This document shows, piece by piece, positions 1 through 9,443 of a stretch of 64,000 nucleotides of DNA; the stretch's first letter is position 1; each line of letters starts with the position of its first letter. Under the pieces are notes generated by a model. The model saw only the letters and a program-made list of their open reading frames with translations, ran no database searches and was not told where the DNA came from. This stretch comes from Candidatus Caenarcanales bacterium (lineage in GTDB: Bacteria > Cyanobacteriota > Vampirovibrionia > Caenarcaniphilales > Caenarcanaceae), in the NCBI GenBank assembly GCA_947494115.1, contig CANLTT010000001.1:192-64191 (forward strand), read 5' to 3'. The position numbers and the translations under genes were made by a program.

Positions 1-1
1 T

Positions 2-1111
2 GAGTGGGGCGAATACAAACTAGGTGATTTGTTTGAGATTAATCCTACAAAATATTACAAATTATCAAATGAAGAAATAATTTCAGAAACTGGAAAAGTT
101 GCTCTGATTTCAAATTCTTCAATAAATAATGGAGTGATGGGGTTTTCTAATTTAGAGCCAAATAATCAAGGAAATACGATAACTTGTTCTGATACGACTC
201 TTGGAGCGGACACAATGTATTATCAAGAAAAAGATTTTATTGGTTATTCGCATATTCAACATTTCGTACCAAAATTCAATCCCTTCAATAGAGCTATTGC
301 AAGCATAATAATTTCAGTTTGCCGAGTTTCTACATCTAAAAAATATGATTACGGAAACAAATTCAATCGAGACTCAATGAATAATACAAAAATACAACTG
401 CCGACCAAAAACGGACAAATAGATTTTGACTTTATGGAAAAATTTATAGCGGAGCTGGAGGCTGAAAGAATAGCGGAGCTGGAGGCTGAAAGAATAGCGG
501 AGCTGGAGGCTTATTTATTAGCTACTGGGCTTAAAGATTATACTTTAACTGAAAAAGAGAAAATGACTTTAGAACAGTTTGAGAGCGGTAATTTTGAGTG
601 GGATATTTTCAATTTAGAAAAACTATTTGGAAAATCAACTCGTGGCAAACGACTAAAAAGTGGTGATAGAATTTCTGGTAATTTGCCTTTTGTTACAGCG
701 GGAGAGGCAGATGAAGGAATTTCAGCATTTATTGGAAATGAAGTAGAGATTTTTTCAGAAAATACAACAACTATTGATATGTTCGGTTCTGCAAAATACA
801 GAAATTACAAATACGGCGGAGATGACCATGTTGCGATAGTTCACACAGAAAAATTACCTAAATTTGCTTCTATTTTTATAACAACTGCAATTCATAAAAC
901 TTCTTATGCTGGTCAATTCAGTTATTCAAGAAATTTTTATGCTAAAGACGCTGATGAATTGAATATTTCCCTCCCAGTCCAAAATAACCAACCCGATTAT
1001 GAATTTATGGAAAGTTTTATTTCTGCTATTCAAAAACTAGTTATAGAAGATGTTGTGCTTTATGCGGACAGAAAGATTAACGCAACGAAGGAAGTTGTAC
1101 AAAAAAGCTAG
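2..1111 (+). CDS. hsdS: Type I restriction-modification specificity subunit HsdS, 5'-truncated by the window edge
   Basis: The frame opens with EWGEYKLGDLFEI, the typical start of an HsdS target-recognition domain. A second TRD start (W-DIFNLEKLFGK) follows a central helical region made of ELEAERIAELEAERIAELEA repeats. A C-terminal conserved helix (FISAIQKLVIEDVV) is present. No in-frame stop occurs before position 1. Confidence 0.75.
   Translation, partial: EWGEYKLGDLFEINPTKYYKLSNEEIISETGKVALISNSSINNGVMGFSNLEPNNQGNTITCSDTTLGADTMYYQEKDFIGYSHIQHFVPKFNPFNRAIASIIISVCRVSTSKKYDYGNKFNRDSMNNTKIQLPTKNGQIDFDFMEKFIAELEAERIAELEAERIAELEAYLLATGLKDYTLTEKEKMTLEQFESGNFEWDIFNLEKLFGKSTRGKRLKSGDRISGNLPFVTAGEADEGISAFIGNEVEIFSENTTTIDMFGSAKYRNYKYGGDDHVAIVHTEKLPKFASIFITTAIHKTSYAGQFSYSRNFYAKDADELNISLPVQNNQPDYEFMESFISAIQKLVIEDVVLYADRKINATKEVVQKS
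446..511. repeat. In-frame 24-bp tandem repeat (about 2.7 copies of atagcggagctggaggctgaaaga) encoding (IAELEAER)n in the HsdS central conserved region
   Basis: Direct reading of the sequence: two perfect 24-bp units plus an 18-bp partial third unit. Confidence 0.9.
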
Positions 1112-1269
1112 AGGAACGATTTAAAAATAACAGATTGAGAGAACTATTTTTTGATTTAAATTTCAAAATAAGGGTACAATTAAATTACCAGACCTCTCAA
1201 GGCTATGTTGTAAATTTTATTTACATTATCCTAAACCCGAGAGGTATTTTTTTGTAGATTTCTTTTCTA

Positions 1270-2160
1270 ATGCTCTCTGAATATACAAAATCTTTTAAGA
1301 CCTATAAAGAACAAATTCAGCTCCTCAAATCCAGAGGAATGATTTTTAATGATGAAAATAAAGCTGAAAATATTTTAGAACATATTAATTATTATAGATT
1401 AAGCGGCTATTGGCTACCTTTTGAAGAAGATCATACAACACATAAATTTAAACCAAATACAAAGTTTGAAAGTGTTTTAGAGCTTTATAATTTTGACCAA
1501 AAGCTCAGGCTTTGCTTATTATCAGCAATTGAAAAAATCGAGGTTTCTATTAGATCACATTTTACATATCAACTAGCAAAAGAATATGGTTCACACCCTC
1601 ATTTAGACAGTAAAAATTTTAGGAACTTTGAATATTGGAAAAAAGATAAAGAAAAATTACAACAAGAAATTACTCGATCTGACGAAATATTTATAAAACA
1701 CCATAGAAAATCTTACAGAGAAGAACTTCCGCCAATTTGGTCTACGTGTGAAGTTATGACTATTGGACTACTTTCAAGATTCTACTCTAATTTAGAATCA
1801 GTTGATGTAAGGAAGTCTATAGCTAAAGCCTACAAAATTAGACCAGACATTTTAAATTTCTGGCTTAAAAATTTGAGATTAATTCGTAATTATTCCGCTC
1901 ATCATTGTAGACTTTGGGACAGGCTCTTTAAAGATAAAATAGAACCGTGCAATACAGATAATTTAAAAAATCAACTTATTCCAAATTCCCAAGCAATTTA
2001 CAATTCATTAGTTATTTTACTTTATTTAATAGGCATTATTTTACCAAATGATTCATTTAGAGATGAACTTAAAGGCTTACTTCTAAAGAATAAACAAAAT
2101 CTTTTACAAATGGGGTTTCCTGATAATTGGACTGATCAAACCATTTGGAAAACAATTTAA
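1270..2160 (+). CDS. Abortive infection protein, Abi_2 (AbiD/AbiF) family
   Basis: Carries the hallmark Abi_2 motifs YYRLSGYWLPF, PPIWSTCEVMTIGLLSRFY and LRLIRNYSAHHCRLWD. It sits immediately downstream of hsdS. Confidence 0.8.
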   Translation: MLSEYTKSFKTYKEQIQLLKSRGMIFNDENKAENILEHINYYRLSGYWLPFEEDHTTHKFKPNTKFESVLELYNFDQKLRLCLLSAIEKIEVSIRSHFTYQLAKEYGSHPHLDSKNFRNFEYWKKDKEKLQQEITRSDEIFIKHHRKSYREELPPIWSTCEVMTIGLLSRFYSNLESVDVRKSIAKAYKIRPDILNFWLKNLRLIRNYSAHHCRLWDRLFKDKIEPCNTDNLKNQLIPNSQAIYNSLVILLYLIGIILPNDSFRDELKGLLLKNKQNLLQMGFPDNWTDQTIWKTI

Positions 2161-2167
2161 GTTAGTT

Positions 2168-2808
2168 TGAAGTTGATCCGATTTAGGAGACAAACTTTTT
2201 AGAGATATGGTGATACTCCTCGAATTGAAGAGGGGACAGATAATTCAAGGTTGAATGCTTTCTTTCCCGATTATAGAAAATCTCTATGTATTCAAATATA
2301 CCCAATTTGGCCTCCTTTCTCGAAATAAAATTTTTATGATTAATAAATTCAGTTTTAATTTTCCCGAAAAAGCTCTCGGCAACAGCATTGTCATAGCAAT
2401 TACCCTTTGCACTCACTGACAGCCCAACCAACTACCTTTCTTGAAAACAAATCAATTACGGTCGCTAAATAAAGCCAACCCTCGGCAGTTGGAATATAAA
2501 TTATATCGCCTACCCAAACCTGATTTAGAGCTTCTGTGTGAAAGTTCTGATTGAGCAAATTAGGGCAAATTGGTAATGAATGCTTTGAGTATGAATAATT
2601 CGTATTTTAGATTGGAGTATTTTATCTTTCTTCTTCCTTTCTGAGACTGGGTTTTACAGCCATTTATAATATTTGCTTCTACTCAATTCAAACACCTCAC
2701 ACATACTAGATACCCTGAATTGATGAGTATTTTGCTGAATAAATTCGTACTTTACTTGGCGTGCTTTGCAAAGTACTGACTTGCCTTTTTTAGATCGGAT
2801 CAACTCCA
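2168..2808. mobile_element. IS3-family insertion sequence remnant, internally deleted to about 640 bp, with imperfect 15-bp terminal inverted repeats (tgaagttgatccgat / atcggatcaactcca, TG...CA ends)
   Basis: The terminal inverted repeat matches 14 of 15 positions, read directly from the sequence. The repeats enclose transposase C-terminal fragments. The element lies between the abi stop and the SLT start. Confidence 0.6.
2183..2600 (-). pseudogene. IS3-family transposase (OrfB, rve integrase core) fragments, frameshifted and internally deleted
   Basis: Minus-strand translation gives NQVWVGDIIYIPTAEGWLYLATVIDLFSRKVVGW. A frameshift then leads into KGNCYDNAVAESFFGKIKTEF...YNRERKHSTLNYLSPLQFE. 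The roughly 70 aa normally separating VVGW from GNCYDN are missing. Confidence 0.8.
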
Positions 2809-2870
2809 TGATAGAACCAAACCACTAAGGGGTATTAAGAGTTTACCCTTTATTTAAACGTTAATAATTA

Positions 2871-3452
2871 ATGGTTCTTGCCGATAATACTAATGCTCTA
2901 AATCTAGTTTTAGGGCGCATACAATCAATTGATCAAAGAATAGAATCTTTAACTTCCAAAACCGAAAAAACCAAAACCGAATTAATTCCTTCTTTCAGTC
3001 AGGTTTTTAGCAATGTTCGCAAATCTTTGTCTCCAAGAGCGAATCGCTGGGTTGTAGAAGATGCTCTTCAAAAAGCTAGTTCTGCCACTGGCTTAGATCT
3101 AAACTTATTAAAAGCCGTTATGCAACAAGAATCTGGTGGCAATTCCAATGCGGTTTCTTCGGCGGGCGCAAAAGGACTAATGCAATTAATAGATTCAACA
3201 GCCGCTCAAGTCGGAGTAGAAGATCCTTTTGATCCGCACCAAAACGCTTTAGGTGGAGCAATTTATTTAAAAAAACAACTTGAACGCTTCGGAAATATAA
3301 AACTGGCTTTAGCGGCTTATAATGCAGGCCCTGAAGCCGTTGCAAAATACAAAGGAATTCCACCTTATAATGAAACAATTAACTATGTAAACAGCATTGA
3401 GGCCATTTATCGAGGTTTAAAGAACTCACGGGTTGCCAAGAATACTGCTTAG
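2871..3452 (+). CDS. Lytic transglycosylase, SLT-domain protein
   Basis: SLT catalytic motifs are present: QQESGGNSNAVSSAGAKGLMQL ... AYNAGP. Confidence 0.8.
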   Translation: MVLADNTNALNLVLGRIQSIDQRIESLTSKTEKTKTELIPSFSQVFSNVRKSLSPRANRWVVEDALQKASSATGLDLNLLKAVMQQESGGNSNAVSSAGAKGLMQLIDSTAAQVGVEDPFDPHQNALGGAIYLKKQLERFGNIKLALAAYNAGPEAVAKYKGIPPYNETINYVNSIEAIYRGLKNSRVAKNTA

Positions 3453-4057
3453 TTTATTAATTTAAAAATACTTTCTATAACCTTTTGGTGAGCTTCTTGA
3501 ATATTATTTTTTTCGGTATCAATTATTACAAATCTTTCAGGTTCTTCAGAAACTAGTTGTAAAAAACCAAGCCTAATTTTTTGCTGAAAATCTAAACCTT
3601 CTTCTTCGATTTTGTCTTTTGACTTTGCCCTCTCTAAACCGATTTTGGGGTTTATATCAAATAAAATAGTTAAATCTGGCTTCAAATCAGAGGTAGCAAT
3701 TTTATTGAGTTGTTTGATTAATTCAGTGTTTAACCCTCTTCCGTATCCCTGATAAGCAAGTGTAGAGTCAATGAAGCGATCACAGATTACAATTTGGCCG
3801 TTTCTTAAGGCTGGTTGAATTATTTCATGGATATGTTGAGCACGATCGGCCATATATAAAAACAATTCAGCCATTTCGTGCAGTTGGCAGGTACGGTCAT
3901 TTAAAAGGATTTCACGTAATTTTTGGCCAAAACTGGTGCCGCCGGGGTTTCGGGTAAAAAGCCAATTTTGCGCCAAGGGAATTTGCCTAAGAAGTTCTAT
4001 TTGAGTGGTTTTGCCCGCACCATCAACACCTTCAAGCGTAATAAAAAAACTTTTCAT
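3449..4057 (-). CDS. tmk: Thymidylate kinase
   Basis: Contains the P-loop ITLEGVDGAGKTT, the DRF motif (CDRFIDSTLAYQGYGRG) and lid residues. The start was chosen at MKSFFITLEG, an internal Met of the listed ORF. Confidence 0.85.
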   Translation of the reverse strand: MKSFFITLEGVDGAGKTTQIELLRQIPLAQNWLFTRNPGGTSFGQKLREILLNDRTCQLHEMAELFLYMADRAQHIHEIIQPALRNGQIVICDRFIDSTLAYQGYGRGLNTELIKQLNKIATSDLKPDLTILFDINPKIGLERAKSKDKIEEEGLDFQQKIRLGFLQLVSEEPERFVIIDTEKNNIQEAHQKVIESIFKLIN

Positions 4058-4131
4058 AATTAATAATTCAACCTTTTTAAGTTTAGCTGATAATATTGCG
4101 AAAATTTTAAAGTACAAATTTTAGCTAAAAA

Positions 4132-4926
4132 ATGAATATACTAATTGTGGCACCTTCCGAGCTTGAAGCCAATTTTTATTTACCATATCTACAAAAAACC
4201 AAAAAATTAAATTTACCTTTTAATGCTTATGAAGGGCTAATTGGTGAATTTAATATTGTTTTGGCTCAAACTGGCATTGGCAAAATAAAGGCGGCCATTA
4301 ATACTTGGCAAATTTTGCAAAACTATAATATAAAGCAAGTTCTTGTGGTTGGCGTGGCTGGCATTTCGCCTTTAATTGGGCAAGTTGGTGATATTTGTTT
4401 AGGGAAATATGTTTTTAATTCAGATTTGGGCTATTTATTTGACAATTCAAAAAGAGAAAAACTTACAATAGAAATTCCGAATTTGGTCTTTAAAAGCGAT
4501 TTAGAATTAATAAATAAGTTTAAGCAATTTGGGGAGAATTTTTCTTGGCCGCCATTATCAAGCGAAGCGCAAGAATATAATAAACTTTATAATAAACATA
4601 ATTTGCATGGCCGCCTAATAGAAACCGTTTGCGCCAGCGGCGATTGTTTTTTTCATGGTTTTGAAGCCGCTAAATGGCCAGAGACACAAGCCCAAAATCT
4701 AATTAATGAACTATATGGTTTTACCGAAATGGAATCGGCGGCTGTTTTAGAGGTTTGCCAAAGTTTTAATGTTCCAGCTTTAATAATTAAAATTGCTTCT
4801 AATTTTGACAGACCTTGGAATAACGGTGTTTCTGAGACATTAAGTTTAAAAACTGGCCTAAAGTTTATCGTACAAATGGCTCAAAGAGAAGCTGAATTTA
4901 TTACAAGCTATTTTTTGAATTATTAA
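4132..4926 (+). CDS. Nucleoside phosphorylase family protein (PNP_UDP_1), MTA/SAH nucleosidase-like or futalosine hydrolase-like
   Basis: Aligns by eye to Pfs: TGIGKIKAAINTWQIL...VVGVAGI...GDI and C-terminal GDCFF...EMESAAVLEVCQSFNVPALIIKIASN. Confidence 0.65.
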   Translation: MNILIVAPSELEANFYLPYLQKTKKLNLPFNAYEGLIGEFNIVLAQTGIGKIKAAINTWQILQNYNIKQVLVVGVAGISPLIGQVGDICLGKYVFNSDLGYLFDNSKREKLTIEIPNLVFKSDLELINKFKQFGENFSWPPLSSEAQEYNKLYNKHNLHGRLIETVCASGDCFFHGFEAAKWPETQAQNLINELYGFTEMESAAVLEVCQSFNVPALIIKIASNFDRPWNNGVSETLSLKTGLKFIVQMAQREAEFITSYFLNY

Positions 4927-5591
4927 ACTTGATAAGCCGTCAAAATTGGCTCTGGGTTTTTGGGTGCTGGAATAATTTTTTCAACTTCTTCATTAACAAT
5001 TGTTAAAAGCTCTTCTGAAGATAAATTATCAGTATTAATTTTTTTTATTTTTATATGATGTTCTTTGTTTAGCTGATCAAAAAGAGTTTGGTAACTTTTG
5101 CGTAATTCTTGCAAAACAGCCACCGTAACATGCTCAGCTTTGGCTTCTTCCTCTTCTGGCTCACAATCAAGCCAAATTACTAAATCTGGGTCTGGCCAAA
5201 TACTCAAATAAGACTCTGCTTGCCAGCCATCATAAACACAACCGCTCATCCAATAACGATTCGTGATTACAACTCGGTTTTGCTGTAATAAAGGCAGAAT
5301 TTTGCTTTGGACATGGTTTTCACGGTCAAGCTGATAATTTTCTTTAGTCCAATTCTCGGTGCCATCCACGGCAAAATAAGGTTCTTTGGTATAAGCCCAA
5401 TCGGTGGGCAAATGTTCTTTCATTAATTCAATTAATTTATTTTTGCCACTTCCTTCAATGCCTTCAATCACGATTAATTTTCCAACTATATGGTCTTCTT
5501 TTTTTTCTAGCTTGTGGTCAAAGTCAAAGAAAACTAAAACCGCCATAATAAAGGCCACCACAATTAAAATTAATAAAACAAATTCATTCAT
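4923..5591 (-). CDS. dTMP-kinase-like paralogue with an N-terminal transmembrane helix and a divergent P-loop
   Basis: The tmk-like core reads LIVIEGIEGSGKN and ITNRYWMSGCVYDGW, which correspond to EGxDGxGKT and DRY/F...AYQG in canonical enzymes. A hydrophobic N-terminus (FVLLILIVVAFIMAVLVFF) precedes it. Confidence 0.5.
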   Translation of the reverse strand: MNEFVLLILIVVAFIMAVLVFFDFDHKLEKKEDHIVGKLIVIEGIEGSGKNKLIELMKEHLPTDWAYTKEPYFAVDGTENWTKENYQLDRENHVQSKILPLLQQNRVVITNRYWMSGCVYDGWQAESYLSIWPDPDLVIWLDCEPEEEEAKAEHVTVAVLQELRKSYQTLFDQLNKEHHIKIKKINTDNLSSEELLTIVNEEVEKIIPAPKNPEPILTAYQV

Positions 5592-5629
5592 TTTCTTTAA
5601 ATTCTCCTTGGTTTGTCTAGTCGAATGTT

Positions 5630-8600
5630 TTAGGCTACTTTTTCTAATTCATCTGATTGAATATTGTTATTTTTTACATTCTCTTTACTTTTCATGCCCG
5701 CAACTTTACTAAATCCATCACGTCCTAGGCAAACACCTATTGCTCTTTCACTTGCCTGAATCATGGGTTTCCGCAAACTTACAACTATAAATTGAGCCAA
5801 GTTAGATTGTTTTTTAACCATTCTGGCTAGTCTTTCGGCGTTTAAACCATCTAAGAACATATCTACTTCGTCAAAAGCATAAAATGGTGCTGGATTATGC
5901 CATTGTAAGGCAAAAATAAAGGATAAGGCTGTTAGGGATTTCTCGCCACCGCTCATGGATTCGAGCCTTTGCATTTTTTTATTTCGGGGTCTTGCCTGAA
6001 TAATAAGACCACCTTTGAACGGATCTTCATTATTTTCGAGTATAAGCTCGCCTTGGCCAAAAGAAAGTTCGGCAAATATTTCCTGAAAATGCTTGTTTAC
6101 ATCATTAAAGGCTTCAAAGAAAGACTTACGCTTGTGTTCAGAATAGCTATTAATGCGTTTTTCTATTTCTTCTCGCTCTTTAGATAAGCCTTCACAGCGC
6201 ATTTTAATTTCATTTAGTTTCTGAAAAACCTCTTCATATTCTTCAATGGCTTTCATGTTTACGGGTTCGAGAGCTGTCATTTTGCGTTCGACTTTTTCTA
6301 ATTCGGCTTTAACTTCTTGTTCAGACAAATTATTATTTTGATATTGTTCTTGCCATTCGGTTAATTCTTCAATTTCTGATTTGAGAACTTCTTGCTTAAG
6401 CTGGCTCAGACGTTCTTCCAAGTCGAGAAGTTTAATTTTTGCGGTCGCCAATTCGCCACTTAGGCTTTTAGAAGCTTCGCTCATTTTGGTTTTCTGTTCG
6501 GTTAAATTCAATAAAATTCCAGATAATTCATTTTTAACCTTTTCCAGAGCCAAAGTTTGTTTTTGTAATTCAGCAAAATTGGCTTCTAAAACTTTGAGTA
6601 ATTCTTTTTCATGAATTAAGCTTTCAGAGGCTTGTGTTATTTGGGTTTGCAATATAATTATTTGTTTTTGAGATTCGCTAATTTCTTGCTCGCCTTTTTC
6701 TAAGCCACCTTGCAAAGAATTGATATTTTTATTTAAATCGGTTTTTTGGGCTGTGAGGTTCTTAAGCGCAATTTCGGCTTTTTTTCTTTCAAATTCAATT
6801 TCTTGCGATTCATTAATCAGGCTTTCAAGGCCAGAATCTTTAACCCGTGAACCTTCTTTGGCCAAGGCATCGCTTACTTTTTGTAAATTGCGGTCTAGAG
6901 CTTGCAAAGAAGAACTTAAACTTTTTAAATCATTTTGTAAACAATCTCTTTCATTCGCCAAAGCCGTCAATTTGGTTTTGACAGTTTCGGTTTTGTCTTT
7001 TATATTTTTAAACCCCGAATCCAAAATTTCTTCTTCAGCTTTCACTTTTGCCCACTCCGATTTTAAATTATCGAGTTCAATTTCATTGTTGTTAATTTCA
7101 TTTTTTAATTCTTGAATATTGGCTTGCATAGATTGAATACGCTTTTGTACACCTTGAATCGCTTTTTGCAATTGTTCGGTTTTAGCATTGTCTTCAACTC
7201 CAAAATGTATGCCACTTTCTCTCGGAGAGCTACCACCCGTCATTGCTCCACTTTTTTCAAGCAAATCGCCACCCAAAGTAACCATGCGGTAACGCCCCAA
7301 AAAACGCCTTCCAGCGGTCAAGTCTTTTACAATTAAAGTTGAACCAAAAGCATAACTAAAAGCCGAAACATACAATTCATCGCACTGAACCAAATTAATT
7401 GCCCAGTCTACAATGCCATTAGTATCATTTGGTGGGGCTTCAAAATGGGGAACTTTAATTTTATTCAAAGGCAAAAAAGTAGCTCTACCCGCATTATTAC
7501 GCTTTAAATAATCAATTAACTGCGAAGCAATACTATCATCTTCTACGACAATCGACTTTAAACGAGCACCAGCAGATACTTCAAGAGCCAAAGTATATTG
7601 CGGAGCCACGGTTGCTAATTGCGCTAAAACACCATGAATACCTGCTATTCCAGAATGCAAAACCTTGTCGATTGCACGTCCCCAATTTTGTTCTTCAGCG
7701 ACTTGCCTTTTCATTTCTAGCTTAGAGGCTTCGTGTTGATATTCATAAAGCTGGGCGGTGCGCTCTTTGACTTCTTGTTCGGTGTCTTTTAATTCTTCTT
7801 TTAGGCGGCGAATGTGTCCAGTGCTGGCATTAATGCGTTCAGCCAAAATTTGTGCTTTAGAAGAGCCATGGCGCATTTCTTGTATTTTTAATTGTTTTAA
7901 ATTAGCCTCTAATTCAGCTCTGAGTTCAATTATTTCTTTTTCGATACGTTCTAAATTCTGTTCTGAAAGAGCTTTTTGCGTAATTAAATCGGCTCGCTCT
8001 TTTTGCAAAATATTTACTTCTTCTTGTAGCTCAAAAACACGGCTAGTTGATAAATTATCGCTTTGGCTTTTTGAAAGAATTTTATTTTGAATAAGTTGAT
8101 GCTGGGCGGTTAAGCGGTCAAGTTCATTTTGTAAAACTTTTTCTTTTTCAATAAAAATATTGGCTTCTTTTTCGGTATCAGTGATTTTGCGCAAAGTAAT
8201 TTTTTTTTCTTTATGAATACGCTCAATTTGCCTCTCATAATCGCTAATTTGCTTATTAAAAAATTCAATTCCCGATTCAAGCTTGGTAGTTTTTTCACGC
8301 TGAGCATCAAGTTGAGCTTGCAAATTGGCTCTTTCGGTATTATTAAATTGGTCAAGTTGGGTCTGAACTTCTTTAAGTTTAAAATCAATTTCTATAAATT
8401 TCTCATTGACTGTACCCATTTCAAGCAGAAGTTCGCTTTTTTCTTGGGTTTTTTGATTGATTTCGTTTTGTAATTTAGTTTTGCGATCTTCAAGTTCTTT
8501 GATGCGGGTTTGCCGAAAAAGTCTTTCTAGAAAATTTCTTTTATTTTTGAGTTCACTATATTTAACAGCCTGATCACGTTCTTTTTTTAAAACCTCAAGT

Positions 8601-9187
8601 CTTTCGCTAAACTCAGAGAGCAAAATGGCTTGTTTTTCGAGGCTATCTTCGGCTTGCGCAATTTCGGTTTTGGCATCATCAATTTTACGGTCAAACTCGG
8701 CCACACCAGCCAATTCGTCAATAATGCGTCTTCTTTCAAGTGGCGACATCGAGATAATGCGGGTAACATCGCCTTGCATTACAATATTATAAGCATTAGA
8801 CGAAATATTCTTTAAGGCCAATTGGTCATGAATTTCAGAGAGAGTAACTATTTTGGAATTTAAAAAATAAGAGCTTTCATATTGTCCATTATTTCTTAAG
8901 CGAATTCTGCGGGCGACTTGGAGCTGGGTTTCGGCGATTTCATCATATAAAGTAACTGTTACTTGCGTTTGGCTTTTGCCCGATAAATTATTCATCAGGT
9001 CGGTTAAACGCTCGGCGCGCATGGTTTTATTGGTAGAAAGCCCAAAAGTAAAAAGCAAACTATCAATTACATTAGACTTCCCTGAACCATTAGGTCCTGA
9101 AATCGTAGTAAAGCCTTGGAAGAAAGGAATAAAGACCTTTTCACCAAAAGATTTAAAATTATCTAATTCAATTGATTCAATATACAC
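5630..9187 (-). CDS. smc: Chromosome segregation protein SMC
   Basis: N-terminal Walker A region (IESIELDNFKSFG...ISGPNGSGKSNVIDSLLF), long coiled coils, a hinge, and a C-terminal LSGGEKSLTALSFIFAL...DEVD signature. Confidence 0.95.
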   Translation of the reverse strand: MYIESIELDNFKSFGEKVFIPFFQGFTTISGPNGSGKSNVIDSLLFTFGLSTNKTMRAERLTDLMNNLSGKSQTQVTVTLYDEIAETQLQVARRIRLRNNGQYESSYFLNSKIVTLSEIHDQLALKNISSNAYNIVMQGDVTRIISMSPLERRRIIDELAGVAEFDRKIDDAKTEIAQAEDSLEKQAILLSEFSERLEVLKKERDQAVKYSELKNKRNFLERLFRQTRIKELEDRKTKLQNEINQKTQEKSELLLEMGTVNEKFIEIDFKLKEVQTQLDQFNNTERANLQAQLDAQREKTTKLESGIEFFNKQISDYERQIERIHKEKKITLRKITDTEKEANIFIEKEKVLQNELDRLTAQHQLIQNKILSKSQSDNLSTSRVFELQEEVNILQKERADLITQKALSEQNLERIEKEIIELRAELEANLKQLKIQEMRHGSSKAQILAERINASTGHIRRLKEELKDTEQEVKERTAQLYEYQHEASKLEMKRQVAEEQNWGRAIDKVLHSGIAGIHGVLAQLATVAPQYTLALEVSAGARLKSIVVEDDSIASQLIDYLKRNNAGRATFLPLNKIKVPHFEAPPNDTNGIVDWAINLVQCDELYVSAFSYAFGSTLIVKDLTAGRRFLGRYRMVTLGGDLLEKSGAMTGGSSPRESGIHFGVEDNAKTEQLQKAIQGVQKRIQSMQANIQELKNEINNNEIELDNLKSEWAKVKAEEEILDSGFKNIKDKTETVKTKLTALANERDCLQNDLKSLSSSLQALDRNLQKVSDALAKEGSRVKDSGLESLINESQEIEFERKKAEIALKNLTAQKTDLNKNINSLQGGLEKGEQEISESQKQIIILQTQITQASESLIHEKELLKVLEANFAELQKQTLALEKVKNELSGILLNLTEQKTKMSEASKSLSGELATAKIKLLDLEERLSQLKQEVLKSEIEELTEWQEQYQNNNLSEQEVKAELEKVERKMTALEPVNMKAIEEYEEVFQKLNEIKMRCEGLSKEREEIEKRINSYSEHKRKSFFEAFNDVNKHFQEIFAELSFGQGELILENNEDPFKGGLIIQARPRNKKMQRLESMSGGEKSLTALSFIFALQWHNPAPFYAFDEVDMFLDGLNAERLARMVKKQSNLAQFIVVSLRKPMIQASERAIGVCLGRDGFSKVAGMKSKENVKNNNIQSDELEKVA

Positions 9188-9443
9188 GCTAAATGCTCTC
9201 TAGCTTCAAATAAGCTAAGTGTGCTTGAAAATAAGTATTGTGTCAAGTTTTTTGAGTTAATTAAATCTTTGGCAAAACAAATAATAACTTTTAGGTTGGG
9301 CAAAATATCACAAAATCTAAAATAAAAAATGAGCTTATTTGTTTTTTGACCATTTTTTGGTTCGATACATTAATAAACTTTTAACGTACAATAAAAGACG
9401 AGCTTATTAATATTGAAAAGTCAAACTAAAAGAGAGCTAGAAA

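Noticed and set aside
3118-3378. 86-aa ORF on the minus strand
   Set aside because: It sits entirely inside the well-supported SLT lytic transglycosylase gene on the opposite strand and has no motifs.
5404-5712. 102-aa plus-strand ORF
   Set aside because: Antisense to the tmk-like gene and the smc 3' end, with a low-complexity hydrophobic translation.
5969-9203. Multiple 60-130 aa plus-strand ORFs (5969..6187, 6381..6614, 6720..7115, 7112..7336, 7758..8090, 8213..8473, 8630..8815, 8976..9203) and the minus-strand ORFs 8110..8388 and 8587..8769
   Set aside because: All lie within the 3.5-kb smc coding region, either antisense or out of frame. They have low-complexity compositions and no motifs, and are artefacts of the AT-rich coiled-coil-encoding sequence.
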